This document shows positions 54,114 through 64,000 of a stretch of 64,000 bases of DNA, in pieces. The stretch is from Verrucomicrobiia bacterium. Lineage in GTDB: Bacteria > Verrucomicrobiota > Verrucomicrobiia > Limisphaerales > JADLHS01. The number at the start of each line of letters is the position of its first letter. Position 1 is the stretch's first letter. A program made the position numbers and the translations under genes. Below the pieces are notes generated by a model. The model saw only the letters and a program-made list of their open reading frames with translations, did no database searches and was not told where the DNA came from. The stretch is from assembly GCA_023953615.1 (NCBI GenBank), contig JAMLJH010000001.1, positions 9,362 through 73,361 of the forward strand, read 5' to 3'.

Positions 54114-55124
54114 GTGGCTTTATTCACAATCCAAAGTGATTTCCGTTACGAGGTCGTTCGGAAGATTTTCGAGGGCGGCATGGGGGTGGTGTACGAAGCC
54201 GAACAACGCGGCGCGCGCGACTTTGTTAAACGGGTGGCCATTAAAATCATCCGCCCCAATTACGCCAGCCAGAAAATGTTCATTGAGAACTTCATTGGCG
54301 AAGCCAAACTGGTCGCCGACCTCATCCACACCAACATCGTCCAAACCTATCACCTCGGGGAAACCAACAACGCCTGTTTCATTGCGATGGAGCTTATTCG
54401 CGGGGTGAACCTGGAGCAATTCGGCCAACAGCTCGCGGAGAAGCGTCGCCAACTGCCGTTGGAGCTGGCGGTATTCATCACCAGTCGAGTGGCGCGCGGA
54501 CTCGCCTACGCCCATGCGAAGACCGGCCCGGATGGAAAGCCGCTGGGCATTGTGCATCGTGACGTCAGCTTTAAGAACATCATGATTGCTTTCGAAGGCG
54601 ACGTTAAGCTGACTGATTTCGGTATTGCCAAAGCGCGCGGATTTCTGACGGATCAAGAAGGCGAAGTCGTCGCGGGCAAGGCTGATTACATGAGCCCCGA
54701 GCAGGCGGATTTTCAAATCACGGATAAACGGTCCGATCTGTTTTCCGCAGGCGTCGTGCTGGCGCACCTGGTGCTTGGATACAATATTTTCAAGGGGCTC
54801 ACCGCCGAAGAATCGCGCCAACGGGTCATTAAGCAGCCGATCCCCGACTTTCGCACCTTGGACGCCCGGGTGGACGACCGATTAAACAACATTTTACAGC
54901 GTTGTTTGACCCGGGATCGCCAGCAACGCTTCGCCACCGCGGATGAGTTGATGTACGAGCTGGAGTATTACATCTACCACGGCGGCTATGGCCCCACCAA
55001 CGAGACGCTGGGCAAATTCATCCGCGAACTGTTCGGCCAACCTTCGTCCGCAGCGCAAACCGCGGAATTACAGAAGCGGACCGAACTTATGGAAAACAGT
55101 TCCCGGCTCCACGCCAACTCGTGA
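54114..55124 (+). CDS. Hanks-type serine/threonine protein kinase
   Basis: GGMGVVYEA, VAIK, HRDVSFKNIMI, DFGIAKA and YMSPEQ. Confidence 0.85.
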   Translation: MALFTIQSDFRYEVVRKIFEGGMGVVYEAEQRGARDFVKRVAIKIIRPNYASQKMFIENFIGEAKLVADLIHTNIVQTYHLGETNNACFIAMELIRGVNLEQFGQQLAEKRRQLPLELAVFITSRVARGLAYAHAKTGPDGKPLGIVHRDVSFKNIMIAFEGDVKLTDFGIAKARGFLTDQEGEVVAGKADYMSPEQADFQITDKRSDLFSAGVVLAHLVLGYNIFKGLTAEESRQRVIKQPIPDFRTLDARVDDRLNNILQRCLTRDRQQRFATADELMYELEYYIYHGGYGPTNETLGKFIRELFGQPSSAAQTAELQKRTELMENSSRLHANS

Positions 55125-55128
55125 CGCA

Positions 55129-56031
55129 ATGAAACGACGCACCTCAAATTCCATTGTTCGCCTCGGCCTGTTACAACACGCCTGCGGTCCGGACCCGATT
55201 GCCAATCGCAAAAAAGCCCTGACGCTGGCGGAACGTGCCGCTAAACAGGGCGCGCAAATCATCTGCACGCAGGAATTGTTCACCTCGCAATACTTTTGTC
55301 AGAGCGAAGATCACGACTGTTTTCAACTGGCCGAACCCATTCCCGGACCGAGCACGCAGGCGTTCCAAAAACTGGCCAAGCGGCATCAAGTTGTCGTGAT
55401 CGCGTCGCTTTTCGAGAAACGCACGGCGGGGGTTTATCACAACTCCGCCGCCATCATTGACGCGGATGGAAAATTGCTCGGCACGTATCGCAAGATGCAC
55501 ATTCCGGATGACCCGTTGTACTATGAGAAATTTTATTTCACGCCGGGCGATTTGGGTTTCCGCGTGTGGCATACACGCTACGGCAAAATCGGTGTTTTGA
55601 TTTGTTGGGATCAATGGTATCCGGAAGGCGCGCGACTCACCGCCATGCAAGGCGCGCAAATCCTGTTCTATCCCACCGCCATCGGCTGGCATCCGAGCGA
55701 AAAACCGTCACACGGAGACAAGCAACACGGCGCCTGGGAAATCATTCAGCGCAGCCACGCCGTAGCCAACGGATGCTACGTCGCGTCGGTGAACCGGGTT
55801 GGCCATGAAATCCTCTCCACCGTGGGCGGCGCGGGAATCGAGTTTTGGGGCCAAAGCTTTGTTGCCGGCACCGCCGGTGAAATTCTGGCCAAGGCCGGCA
55901 ACCACCAGGAAGAAGTCCTCATTGTCCCCGTGGATCTGGCGCAAGTGGACCTCACCCGCACGCACTGGCCATTTTTGCGGGATCGCCGAATTGACGCTTA
56001 CGGTGACATCACCCGCCGACTCATTGATTGA
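55129..56031 (+). CDS. aguB: carbon-nitrogen hydrolase, N-carbamoylputrescine amidase-like
   Basis: [50 protein letters not shown] and RDRRIDAY. The start is ATG 55129. Confidence 0.75.
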   Translation: MKRRTSNSIVRLGLLQHACGPDPIANRKKALTLAERAAKQGAQIICTQELFTSQYFCQSEDHDCFQLAEPIPGPSTQAFQKLAKRHQVVVIASLFEKRTAGVYHNSAAIIDADGKLLGTYRKMHIPDDPLYYEKFYFTPGDLGFRVWHTRYGKIGVLICWDQWYPEGARLTAMQGAQILFYPTAIGWHPSEKPSHGDKQHGAWEIIQRSHAVANGCYVASVNRVGHEILSTVGGAGIEFWGQSFVAGTAGEILAKAGNHQEEVLIVPVDLAQVDLTRTHWPFLRDRRIDAYGDITRRLID

Positions 56032-56117
56032 CTTGGGAAACTGACCCTGGCTTGAGGTGCGGTTTTCCTTTCGCTCCGCTTGCTCCCCTGCCCGTTTTAC
56101 ATCAACATTCTCGCACA

Positions 56118-57854
56118 ATGAAAAAGAAATCGTCTGCTCATACCGAACCGAACCTTCGCCCTTTTTCCAGCGCCTTGCTCGACGGACCGGAACGCGCCGC
56201 CGCGCGCGCCATGTTGTATCCAGTCGGCTTTCGCGCGGAAGACTTCAAAAAGCCGCTCATCGGGGTGGCGTCCACCTGGAGTGACGTCACGCCATGCAAC
56301 ATGCACATTGACGATCTCGCCCTGGCGGCCGAAGCCGGCGTCAACGCCAACGGCGGCAAGGCGATTGTCTTCAATACCATCACCGTCTCCGACGGCATCT
56401 CGAATGGCAATGAGGGCATGAAATACTCGCTCGTGTCGCGCGAAGTCATTGCGGACTCAATCGAAACCGTGGTCGGCTGCGAAGGCATGGACGGCTACCT
56501 CGCCATCGGCGGTTGCGATAAAAACATGCCCGGGGCCTTGATTGCCATGGCGCGCATGAATCGGCCCGCCGTTTTCGTTTACGGCGGCACCATTTTACCC
56601 GGATTGCTCAAGTCGCCACATTCACCCGGCGGCGACAAGGAAGTTGATATTGTTTCCGTCTTTGAAGCCATTGGACAACACGCCGCGGGCAAAGTCAGTG
56701 ACGAGGAATTGCACGCGGTGGAGTGTTGCGCCATTCCCGGGCCGGGCGCCTGCGGCGGCATGTACACCGCCAACTCCATGGCCAGCGCCATCGAAGCGCT
56801 GGGTATGAGTCTGCCCAACAGTTCGGCGCAGAACGCCATTTCCAAGGCGAAGCTCGAGGATTGTCGTCGCGCTGGCGCGGCGGTGGTGAACATGTTGCGC
56901 CAAGGCATCCGACCGCGTGACATTCTCACCCGCAAAGCCTTCGAAAACGCAATCACCACCGTTATCGCGTTGGGCGGTTCAACCAATTGCGTGTTGCACC
57001 TGTTGGCCATCGCCCAGGCCGCGAACGTAAAACTCTCGATTGACGATTTCACCCGCATCGGCAAACGCGTGCCGGTACTGGCGGACCTGCGACCGAGCGG
57101 CACTTTCAGCATGAGCGCACTGGTGGCAATCGGCGGAATTCGGCCCCTGATGAAAACCTTGTTGGATGCCGGTTTGCTTCATGGTGATTGCCTTACCGTC
57201 ACCGGCGAAACCATGGCGGCAACCCTGGCGGACGTGAAACCTTACCCGCCCGGTCAGAAGATCATTTATCCACTGGATAACCCGATCAAGAAAGACAGCC
57301 ATCTGGTCATTTTCTACGGCAACCTCGCGCCCGAAGGCGCGGTCGGTAAAATCACCGGCAAGGAGGGCACACGTTTTGAAGGTAAAGCCATCGTGTTCAA
57401 GGGCGAAGAAAAAGCGTTGCACGCCATTCTCGATGGGACGGTCAAAGCCGGTCACGTTGTGGTCATTCGTGGCGAAGGGCCGAAAGGCGGTCCCGGAATG
57501 CGCGAAATGCTTTCCCCGACGAGCGCCATCATGGGCAAAGGTCTGGGCAAAGACGTGGCGTTGCTGACCGATGGCCGGTTCAGCGGCGGCAGCCACGGAT
57601 TTGTGGTCGGCCACGTCACGCCGGAAGCCTATGTAGGCGGTCCGATCGCGCTCGTGAAAAATGGCGACAAAATCATCATTGATTCCGTCAAACGCACGCT
57701 CACGTTGGCCGTGCCCGCCAAGGAACTGGCGAAGCGAAAGAAAGCCTGGAAGCAACCTAAACCGCAGTACACCCGAGGCGTGCTGGCCAAGTTTGCCGCG
57801 CACGTGACCAGTGCTTCGCAAGGCGCCGTGACCGATCTCGATTTGAAATTGTAA
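56118..57854 (+). CDS. ilvD: dihydroxy-acid dehydratase
   Basis: [45 protein letters not shown] and [13 protein letters not shown]. The start is ATG 56118. Confidence 0.9.
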   Translation: MKKKSSAHTEPNLRPFSSALLDGPERAAARAMLYPVGFRAEDFKKPLIGVASTWSDVTPCNMHIDDLALAAEAGVNANGGKAIVFNTITVSDGISNGNEGMKYSLVSREVIADSIETVVGCEGMDGYLAIGGCDKNMPGALIAMARMNRPAVFVYGGTILPGLLKSPHSPGGDKEVDIVSVFEAIGQHAAGKVSDEELHAVECCAIPGPGACGGMYTANSMASAIEALGMSLPNSSAQNAISKAKLEDCRRAGAAVVNMLRQGIRPRDILTRKAFENAITTVIALGGSTNCVLHLLAIAQAANVKLSIDDFTRIGKRVPVLADLRPSGTFSMSALVAIGGIRPLMKTLLDAGLLHGDCLTVTGETMAATLADVKPYPPGQKIIYPLDNPIKKDSHLVIFYGNLAPEGAVGKITGKEGTRFEGKAIVFKGEEKALHAILDGTVKAGHVVVIRGEGPKGGPGMREMLSPTSAIMGKGLGKDVALLTDGRFSGGSHGFVVGHVTPEAYVGGPIALVKNGDKIIIDSVKRTLTLAVPAKELAKRKKAWKQPKPQYTRGVLAKFAAHVTSASQGAVTDLDLKL

Positions 57855-57979
57855 CCTCGGCAAACGGTCGCCAATGCGGTAGTTCCCGCTGTCGCGCCAA
57901 GGTGGCAACCCCTCTGGGGCTGCGCCTGCCTTCGCGCTGGTTGACGCATGCCATGATCCTGTCATAAAATGACAACATC

Positions 57980-59032
57980 ATGGCTGTTCAAAAACCTGAA
58001 CCGCCCGTCTCCCGGCGGCGAGCACAACGCGGTTGGTCACAAGCCGAACTGGCGCGGCGCGCGGATATTCCCCGCACCACCATCAGCGCCATTGAAGGCG
58101 AACGCCTCACCCCTTCCGTCACCACGGCATTGGCCTTGGCGCACGCGCTCGAATGTTCCGTTGAGGAGTTGTTCAGCGACGCGACGTTGCCCGCACCCAC
58201 CGGGCCGACCTGGGCTTGGATGCCCCGGACGGAACCGTGCCGGTATTGGGAAGCGGAAGTGGGCGGACGCCGCTTGCTCTACCCGGTGGAAAGCCTGGCG
58301 CTGAACGTGATTCCGCATGACGGCGTGTGGCGCGGCGGGCCGGGCCGGGATGTCGGTGAAACCCTGGCGACGTCCACATTGGTGTTGGCGTGTTGCGATC
58401 CTGCCGCCGGCTTGCTGGCCGCGGAATATGCGCGGGCCAGTGGTTTGCGGCTGATCGTGTTTCCGCGCAGCGGTGGCGAGGCCATTGATTTGTTGAAGCG
58501 CGGTTTGGTGCATCTGGCGGGACTGCACCGCTCCACTCAGGAGCATCCCGAGCGCAATCTGGAAACGGTACGCGAAGAGTTGGGCAACGGTTTCCGTCTG
58601 GTACGCGTGGCGGACTGGCAGGAGGGGTTGGCGCTTCGGACGGACTGGCGTGCGCGCTCGCCTTCGAGCATCGCCCGTCAGGTGCAGCGCTGGGCGTTGC
58701 GTGAGACCGGTTCAGCAGCGCGGGAATGTCTTGATCAACTCCATGCCGGCGCCTCGGGTCAAACGGTTCACAGTCATGGCGCCGTTGCGGAAGCCATTCG
58801 CGGCGGCTGGGCGGAAGCGGGCGTATGTGTGCGGCTGTCCGCCGAGGAATCGGGCCTGAACTTTCTGCCGGTTCGCACCGAGGCTTTGGACTTTTGTTTC
58901 TCCGGAAAACGCCAACACGATCCTCGCTTACAAGCGCTCCTGCGACTTTTGCGCAGCCGCTCGTACCGCCAGATGGTTGGCGAATTGCCCGGGTACGATG
59001 TCCAACACACCGGCGAAGTTCTCTCAGTCTGA
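57980..59032 (+). CDS. XRE-family HTH regulator fused to a periplasmic-binding-protein-like domain
   Basis: N-terminal [39 protein letters not shown], followed by a ~270-aa PBP-like C-terminal domain. Confidence 0.7.
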   Translation: MAVQKPEPPVSRRRAQRGWSQAELARRADIPRTTISAIEGERLTPSVTTALALAHALECSVEELFSDATLPAPTGPTWAWMPRTEPCRYWEAEVGGRRLLYPVESLALNVIPHDGVWRGGPGRDVGETLATSTLVLACCDPAAGLLAAEYARASGLRLIVFPRSGGEAIDLLKRGLVHLAGLHRSTQEHPERNLETVREELGNGFRLVRVADWQEGLALRTDWRARSPSSIARQVQRWALRETGSAARECLDQLHAGASGQTVHSHGAVAEAIRGGWAEAGVCVRLSAEESGLNFLPVRTEALDFCFSGKRQHDPRLQALLRLLRSRSYRQMVGELPGYDVQHTGEVLSV

Positions 59033-59037
59033 CTGGC

Positions 59038-59850
59038 ATGGTCCCCGTTCCGTCCAATCCGCCCGCAACCAACCAGGCGTTCACGCTGATCGAACTTCTG
59101 GTGGTTATCGCCATAATTGCCGTGTTGGCGGGACTGCTATTGCCCGCGCTGTCACGAGCGAAGGAAAAATCCCGGGCAACCCAGTGCATCTCAAATCTGC
59201 GTCAATGGGGACTCGCTGTGCAAATGTATGCGGAAGATCACGACGGTTTCCTGCCGCATCCGGATGATCGCCGCCGCGATGGCGGCACCCTTGGTTCGAC
59301 AACGCATCCCGAGCATGATTTCAGCTACGTGGATCTGCTGCCTGCGTATCTCGGTTCCACGGCGTGGCGAGACTTCCCGGCGGACGCAAAGCCCACCGGC
59401 GGAATCTGGCAGTGCCCCTCCGTCCGATTGTTGGCGGAAACCGAATACGATTATCGCCCGGTCACTGAAGGCTATCACAGCTACGCAATGAACTCCTATC
59501 TTGCGCATGATTTCCTCTACGGTTTGCCGTGGGGCGCAGAGTTGCAACCGAGCTTCCTAAAATTGTCGCGAGCAGCCGCTCCCTCCCGCACCGTCGCAAT
59601 GTTCGAGCAGACCCTTGATCCCCGGGCGGGTTACGGTCAGGCGGGATCGTTCCGCCTGGCTGGATATCAAACCGCCGAGGACGCACGCGCCGCCACCGAG
59701 CGTCATGCCCGACGGCGAAGTGAATTGGGCGGCATCGTGCTGCATCTCGACGGTCATGTGCGCTGGCGCAACGATCTTTGGGACAAGTCGCGCTCCAATC
59801 CACGCATCCCGCAACGGGGCGATCTCACCTGGTTTCCTTACTATTACTAA
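59038..59850 (+). CDS. prepilin-type N-terminal cleavage/methylation domain protein (DUF1559-like)
   Basis: [33 protein letters not shown], typical of PVC bacteria. The start is ATG 59038. Confidence 0.8.
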   Translation: MVPVPSNPPATNQAFTLIELLVVIAIIAVLAGLLLPALSRAKEKSRATQCISNLRQWGLAVQMYAEDHDGFLPHPDDRRRDGGTLGSTTHPEHDFSYVDLLPAYLGSTAWRDFPADAKPTGGIWQCPSVRLLAETEYDYRPVTEGYHSYAMNSYLAHDFLYGLPWGAELQPSFLKLSRAAAPSRTVAMFEQTLDPRAGYGQAGSFRLAGYQTAEDARAATERHARRRSELGGIVLHLDGHVRWRNDLWDKSRSNPRIPQRGDLTWFPYYY

Positions 59851-59865
59851 ACCAACTCGATTCAA

Positions 59866-60822
59866 ATGAAACTTATGCCATCCAGCATCAAATTTGACAT
59901 CACCCTCACGAACACATTCCGTCGCCGCCAATGGAAATGGCTGGCCACCGCTTTGGCGATTGGCAGCCTGCCGTTACTGATCCACGCCGTGGACTTCCCG
60001 ATCACGACCGACACCTATCTGGACAGCCGCGCGGACAGTCAAACGGTGAACTTCGGTCTTAATGGGAGCGTGCGAGTTTTGGTGAATAGTGATACTTCGG
60101 TAACACGCGGATTGTTCGCCATTCCAGAAGCGTTGGGCGCGTATCCGCCCGAAGCCATTCAGGAAGCGCGGGTCTATTTTTATGTGTTTCAGGACAACAC
60201 AAAGACTCGCGAGATTCGCCTCTATCCCTTGACCACGACATTTGTCGAAGGCACGGGAGGCACGGGGGCGGAGGCCACGGGCGCAACCTGGCTCGCTTCT
60301 GACGGCATCAATAATTGGACCACTCCCGGCGGGGATTTCGACAGCGACCACGCGGTGGTGGGAGTGAAGGAGCCAGTGTTGGACCCGGATCTCAACGACC
60401 GATTTTTCAGTTGGGACATCACCGAGCTGCTTACCAACAGCTTGACGCGATCCAACCTCCTGACGCACGGCGCAATTCTCATCATTGACGAATCTCCCAT
60501 CCCCGCGACCAGCTCGGATCGCGCGCCGTTTACGTCCTCGGAAAGCACCTCCAATCCCGCGCCGTATTTACCCCGGATTGCGGTCACCCTGCGCGGCCCA
60601 ATTCTGAGTCTGGTCAAATCAAGCCCGACTGAATTCCGTTTACATATCGCCAATGCCACCCCATCCCGATTTCATCGCATCGAACGATCCTTCGACTTGA
60701 GTTTGCCGGAGAATTGGACGGAGGTCGCCACCCTCGAGGCAACCGAAACTGAAATCAACTGGACCGACGCCGCGTTCGGCGCCGAAACAAACGTGTTCTA
60801 TCGCGTAGTCGTCGAACCATGA
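59866..60822 (+). CDS. secreted DNRLRE-domain-like protein
   Basis: It has a signal/TM segment, then DTYLDSRADSQTVNFG...RGLFAI...ARVYFYV...ATWL...W.TPGGDF. Confidence 0.5.
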   Translation: MKLMPSSIKFDITLTNTFRRRQWKWLATALAIGSLPLLIHAVDFPITTDTYLDSRADSQTVNFGLNGSVRVLVNSDTSVTRGLFAIPEALGAYPPEAIQEARVYFYVFQDNTKTREIRLYPLTTTFVEGTGGTGAEATGATWLASDGINNWTTPGGDFDSDHAVVGVKEPVLDPDLNDRFFSWDITELLTNSLTRSNLLTHGAILIIDESPIPATSSDRAPFTSSESTSNPAPYLPRIAVTLRGPILSLVKSSPTEFRLHIANATPSRFHRIERSFDLSLPENWTEVATLEATETEINWTDAAFGAETNVFYRVVVEP

Positions 60823-61361
60823 GCGGCAACGGCCAATCACTGCCGCTCGTGCGGCTGGTCACCGGCGCGCGGGGCGCAGGCAAAACTCACTGGTGTGAAG
60901 GTGCGATCGCAAACGCGCGGGCAGCCGGACACGAGGTTCGGGGGCTGCTATCTCCCGGCGACTTTGTGGCTGGAAAGAAAATCGGCATTCGCGTGCGTGA
61001 CCTTCATTCCGGAGCGGAACGCCCGCTGGCCAGAGCTCATGCTCCTTCCGGCGCGGACACAAAGCGCCTTTGGGATTTTGATGACAAGATCCTGACGTGG
61101 GCCAACGAACGGTTGCGAGCAGTGAGTCATTGCCACACGCTGGTGGTGGACGAAGTTGGGCCAATGGAATTGTTGGAAAACCGCGGATGGACGGCAATCT
61201 GGTCGGTCTTGCGCGACTGCGATTTCGCGCAAGCGATCCTGACGGTGCGACCCGCACTGCTTGAAACCTGTCAAACCCGAATCGGTCAACTCGGCGAGTT
61301 CAGTTGGGAAGTCATCTCTTGCCCAATCGGAAAGGACCTTAGTGCTTCACTCACGCAATAA
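60819..61361 (+). CDS. P-loop NTPase (DUF2478/THEP1-like)
   Basis: Walker A TGARGAGKT and Walker B LVVDEVGPMEL. There is a 4-nt overlap with the upstream gene. Confidence 0.65.
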   Translation: MSGNGQSLPLVRLVTGARGAGKTHWCEGAIANARAAGHEVRGLLSPGDFVAGKKIGIRVRDLHSGAERPLARAHAPSGADTKRLWDFDDKILTWANERLRAVSHCHTLVVDEVGPMELLENRGWTAIWSVLRDCDFAQAILTVRPALLETCQTRIGQLGEFSWEVISCPIGKDLSASLTQ

Positions 61362-61464
61362 ACCGAATTTATCCGCTTGTTCTGAGGAGCGCACCCACTT
61401 CGGGCGCGACGCGAGAGCGCGCCAAACCACAGCCAGAACCGCGCTCTCCAACCCATTTCACTGG

Positions 61465-62547
61465 GTGGTTTTGGTCAAACACCATGCCGTTCACGTCGCA
61501 CTGGTGGCGCTCTGTTTTTGCGCACTTACGGCCGGCGCGCAGTCTTCCCGTTTGACGTTGACCAACCATGCCGGACGCGAATTGCAATTGGCCGAATCGC
61601 CCGTGCGCCTCGTGGTGGCCGGGCGCGGTTCATTCATGATCGTCCACGCCGCCACGCTGTTCCCCGAGGCAAAGACTCGACTCCTGGCCGCCGCGGGCGG
61701 ACGCCAGTTGCAGGGCGACGACCTCGATTTCCTGATCCAAGCCGGACGACTATCCACCAATCTGATGCGGCTCGGCGCGGAAGTCGGCCCCGAGCAACTT
61801 GCGCCGTTACATCCCGATCTCGTCTTGCTCAAGAGCGCTTCCGTGCGACTTAGCGACGCGCTGGCCAAGGTGCGCATTCCCGCATTCGATTTTGATTTGG
61901 AAACACCGGAGCAATACGAACAGGAGTTGATTGCTCTCGGCAACATCCTCGGCAACACGCAACGAGGTGTGGACTTGGCGGCTTATTACCGCGAATGTCG
62001 GACCAGGATCGCCAGTCGTTTGAGTGACGCGCCGCCCGAGCAACGCCCACGGGTTCTGTTGGTTCAAGCCTCGGTCCGCGGCGGGGCGCTTTCCTTCAGT
62101 GTGCCGGGGGTGGATTGGATGCAAACCCAACTGATCCAGATGGCTGGAGGGCTTCCGGTCTGGCAAAGTGCGGCTACGCGCAGTGGTTGGTCCGTCGTTG
62201 GTCTGGAACAGACGGCGATTTGGAATCCCGACGTAATATTGGTGGTGGACTATGGCGAGGGAAACAACGAGATGGCGACGCGCATTCGAGACGATCACAC
62301 TTGGCAAAGACTGGACGCGGTGAAACGTGGCAAGGTCTGGACCTTTCCGCGCGATTTCGTCTCTTGGGATCAACCCGACCCGCGCTGGGCCTTGGGTTTG
62401 ATGTGGACGGCCAAACGCCTGCATCCGGATCGCTTTACCGAACTAAACCTGTGGGCGGAAGTGGTGGCCTTCTACCGGTGGTACGGCCTGAATGAAGCCG
62501 AGGTAACGGCGCAAATCAAACCGCGACTGCGTGGTGACTGGCAATGA
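61465..62547 (+). CDS. ABC transporter periplasmic substrate-binding protein (iron-siderophore/cobalamin type)
   Basis: A GTG 61465 start gives the signal peptide VLVKHHAVHVALVALCFCALTAGAQS. It is followed by FecCD permease and ATPase genes. The track start 61261 overlaps the upstream gene. Confidence 0.65.
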   Translation: MVLVKHHAVHVALVALCFCALTAGAQSSRLTLTNHAGRELQLAESPVRLVVAGRGSFMIVHAATLFPEAKTRLLAAAGGRQLQGDDLDFLIQAGRLSTNLMRLGAEVGPEQLAPLHPDLVLLKSASVRLSDALAKVRIPAFDFDLETPEQYEQELIALGNILGNTQRGVDLAAYYRECRTRIASRLSDAPPEQRPRVLLVQASVRGGALSFSVPGVDWMQTQLIQMAGGLPVWQSAATRSGWSVVGLEQTAIWNPDVILVVDYGEGNNEMATRIRDDHTWQRLDAVKRGKVWTFPRDFVSWDQPDPRWALGLMWTAKRLHPDRFTELNLWAEVVAFYRWYGLNEAEVTAQIKPRLRGDWQ

Positions 62548-62551
62548 ACTC

Positions 62552-63547
62552 ATGACGCGTCCGCCCTGGCTTACTTCACCCTGGCTGCTGCCCGCGCTCT
62601 TGTTGCCGCTGATCCTCTTGTCGCTGTTGCTCGGGCGTTATCCGCAACCGCCGGGAATGTCGGTGCGCCTGCTTTGGGAGGATGAACTGGCCTGGGAATT
62701 GGTTTGGAATCTGCGCCTGCCGCGCGTCTGCGCCGCCGTGCTGCTGGGCATGGCGCTGGGTGGAGGCGGCGCGGTGCTGCAAATGCTGTTTCGCAACCCA
62801 CTGGTCGAACCGGGTTTTCTAGGCGTATCCCAAGGCGCGGCGTTCGGGGCGGCGCTGGCCATCCTCTTCTTCAAAGGCGCGATCGTTTTATTGCCTTTGA
62901 GCGCCGGATTGTTTGCGTTGGGCGGACTAGCCTTATCCTACACGCTCGCGCGACATCTCAAATTTGGCGGTTGGATCATGCGCCTGATCCTGGCAGGCAT
63001 CGTGGTATCCGCGTTATTTGCGTCAGGGCTTGGCCTGCTGAAAAGCATGGCGGACCCGCGGCGCGAATTACCGGAATTGACCTTCTGGTTGCTTGGCGGA
63101 TTATGGGGTGTTTCCTGGAGCGATGTGCAACGCATGGTCGTCATCGTTGTTCCCGCCCTGGTTGTCATCGGTTTGATGCGCTGGCGCATTTCAATTCTCG
63201 CACTGGATGAGGCCACCGCGTTTTCGTTGGGGGTGGCGGCGGGACGCGAACGCGCCCTGTTGGTGGTGGCGGCAGTGGCGGCGACGGCGGCGGTCGTTTC
63301 TGTGGCCGGCATGGTGGGTTGGATCGGCCTGCTCGTGCCACACATTGCCCGGCGTTTATTAGGCGCAGATGCGCGTCATTCCCTGCCGGGCGCCATGTGG
63401 CTGGGCGGTATCTTTGCCCTGGGCTGCGATGATCTGGCCCGCTTCCTGACGGCGGGAGAAATTCCACTCGGCATTCTCACCTCCCTGATCGGAGCGATTG
63501 GTTTCACCGTCATTCTCCTGCGGGGAGCAAAGTTGACTCGCGAATGA
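62552..63547 (+). CDS. FecCD-family ABC transporter permease
   Basis: RLPRVCAAVLLGMALGGGGAVLQMLFRNPLVEPGFLGVSQGAA and GMVGWIGLLVPHIAR. Confidence 0.85.
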   Translation: MTRPPWLTSPWLLPALLLPLILLSLLLGRYPQPPGMSVRLLWEDELAWELVWNLRLPRVCAAVLLGMALGGGGAVLQMLFRNPLVEPGFLGVSQGAAFGAALAILFFKGAIVLLPLSAGLFALGGLALSYTLARHLKFGGWIMRLILAGIVVSALFASGLGLLKSMADPRRELPELTFWLLGGLWGVSWSDVQRMVVIVVPALVVIGLMRWRISILALDEATAFSLGVAAGRERALLVVAAVAATAAVVSVAGMVGWIGLLVPHIARRLLGADARHSLPGAMWLGGIFALGCDDLARFLTAGEIPLGILTSLIGAIGFTVILLRGAKLTRE

Positions 63548-64000
63548 AACCGCCCCAACCCATCTTGCGTCTGGAACGGATCGTCTTCAGTTATACGAAG
63601 GCCGAACCGGTGTTGCGCGACGTTTCGCTGAGCCTCACCACGGGTGCGCTCACCGCCATTCTCGGCCCGAATGGCGGCGGCAAAACCACATTGCTACATT
63701 TGTTGCTCGGTTGGTTGCAGCCACAAGCGGGCGTATTGCATCTGAACGACCGGCCATTGAGCGCTTTCAGCCATCGAGAACGCAGTCGCCTGATCGGGTT
63801 GGTCCCGCAAAGCGAACACATTCCCTTCGAGTTTACATTGCTGGACTATGTCTTGCTCGGGCGTGCCCCGCATCTCGGCCCGTTGGAGTTGCCGGGAGCC
63901 CCAGACCTGGCGGCGGCGCGGCAAGCCATCCAGCGCGTCGGGTTGAATGAACTGATCTCGCGTCCACTGACGCACATGAGTGGCGGCGAACGCCAACTGG
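63544..64000 (+). CDS. ABC transporter ATP-binding protein (FepC/BtuD-like), partial, continues past window end
   Basis: ATG 63544 overlaps the permease stop. It has Walker A GPNGGGKTTL and signature MSGGERQL at the window edge. It is not in the track because no stop lies in the window. Confidence 0.85.
   Translation, partial: MKPPQPILRLERIVFSYTKAEPVLRDVSLSLTTGALTAILGPNGGGKTTLLHLLLGWLQPQAGVLHLNDRPLSAFSHRERSRLIGLVPQSEHIPFEFTLLDYVLLGRAPHLGPLELPGAPDLAAARQAIQRVGLNELISRPLTHMSGGERQL

Noticed and set aside
58173-59189. 338-aa minus-strand ORF, and plus ORF 58825..59037 extending the pseudopilin gene
   Set aside because: They are shadow or upstream read-through ORFs over the XRE-PBP regulator. Their composition is Pro/Arg/Ala-rich. 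The pseudopilin gene has a canonical start at 59038 just before the FTLIELL motif.
61361-61465. Cobalamin riboswitch upstream of the FecCD/BtuF-type ABC transporter
   Set aside because: No B12-box-like element was seen, and the gap is too short (about 100 nt) for the riboswitch.

Overview
GC-rich bacterial chromosomal segment. The gene content suggests the PVC superphylum, Verrucomicrobiota-like (inference from a prepilin-type [14 protein letters not shown] protein, a Planctomycetes/Verrucomicrobia-type conserved small protein, and REP-like hairpin repeats). Most of the window is densely packed housekeeping and metabolism: clpB (partial), racemase, bioB, proS, M16 peptidase, dxs, xseB, ilvD, aguB-like, rpsR/rpmG, a bacillithiol bshC-like/bshB/bshA cluster, transporters, sensor kinase and regulators. 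The stand-out region is 22.2-34.5 kb, a type III-B-like CRISPR-Cas island. Its gene order is cas10/cmr2 (GGDD cyclase motif intact), cmr3, a Cmr6 C-terminal fragment in another frame, cmr1, a Can2/Card1-type CARF nuclease, a Csx3-like ring nuclease, an NE0113-type CARF protein with a C-terminal extension, a tiny 2-TM ORF, and cas1. A 28-repeat array follows (37-nt repeat GGGCAGAACGCCCTCGATGCCGAAAGGCATTGGAGAC). I could find no cmr4, cmr5, full cmr6, cas6 or cas2. The cmr3/cmr6 junction, the 31-nt cas1-to-array gap and the degenerate first repeat look like deletion scars, or else a very unusual minimal architecture. Other notable items are an in-frame 96-nt tandem palindromic element inside clpB and 37-nt-period hairpin repeats right after the array. 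There is also a Fur/Zur - ZIP - S18 - L33 - Cys-less DksA cluster with a perfect 22-bp palindromic operator candidate, and a divergent enolase paralog coupled to an MtnK-like kinase. All protein family calls come from motif recognition by eye; no searches were run.
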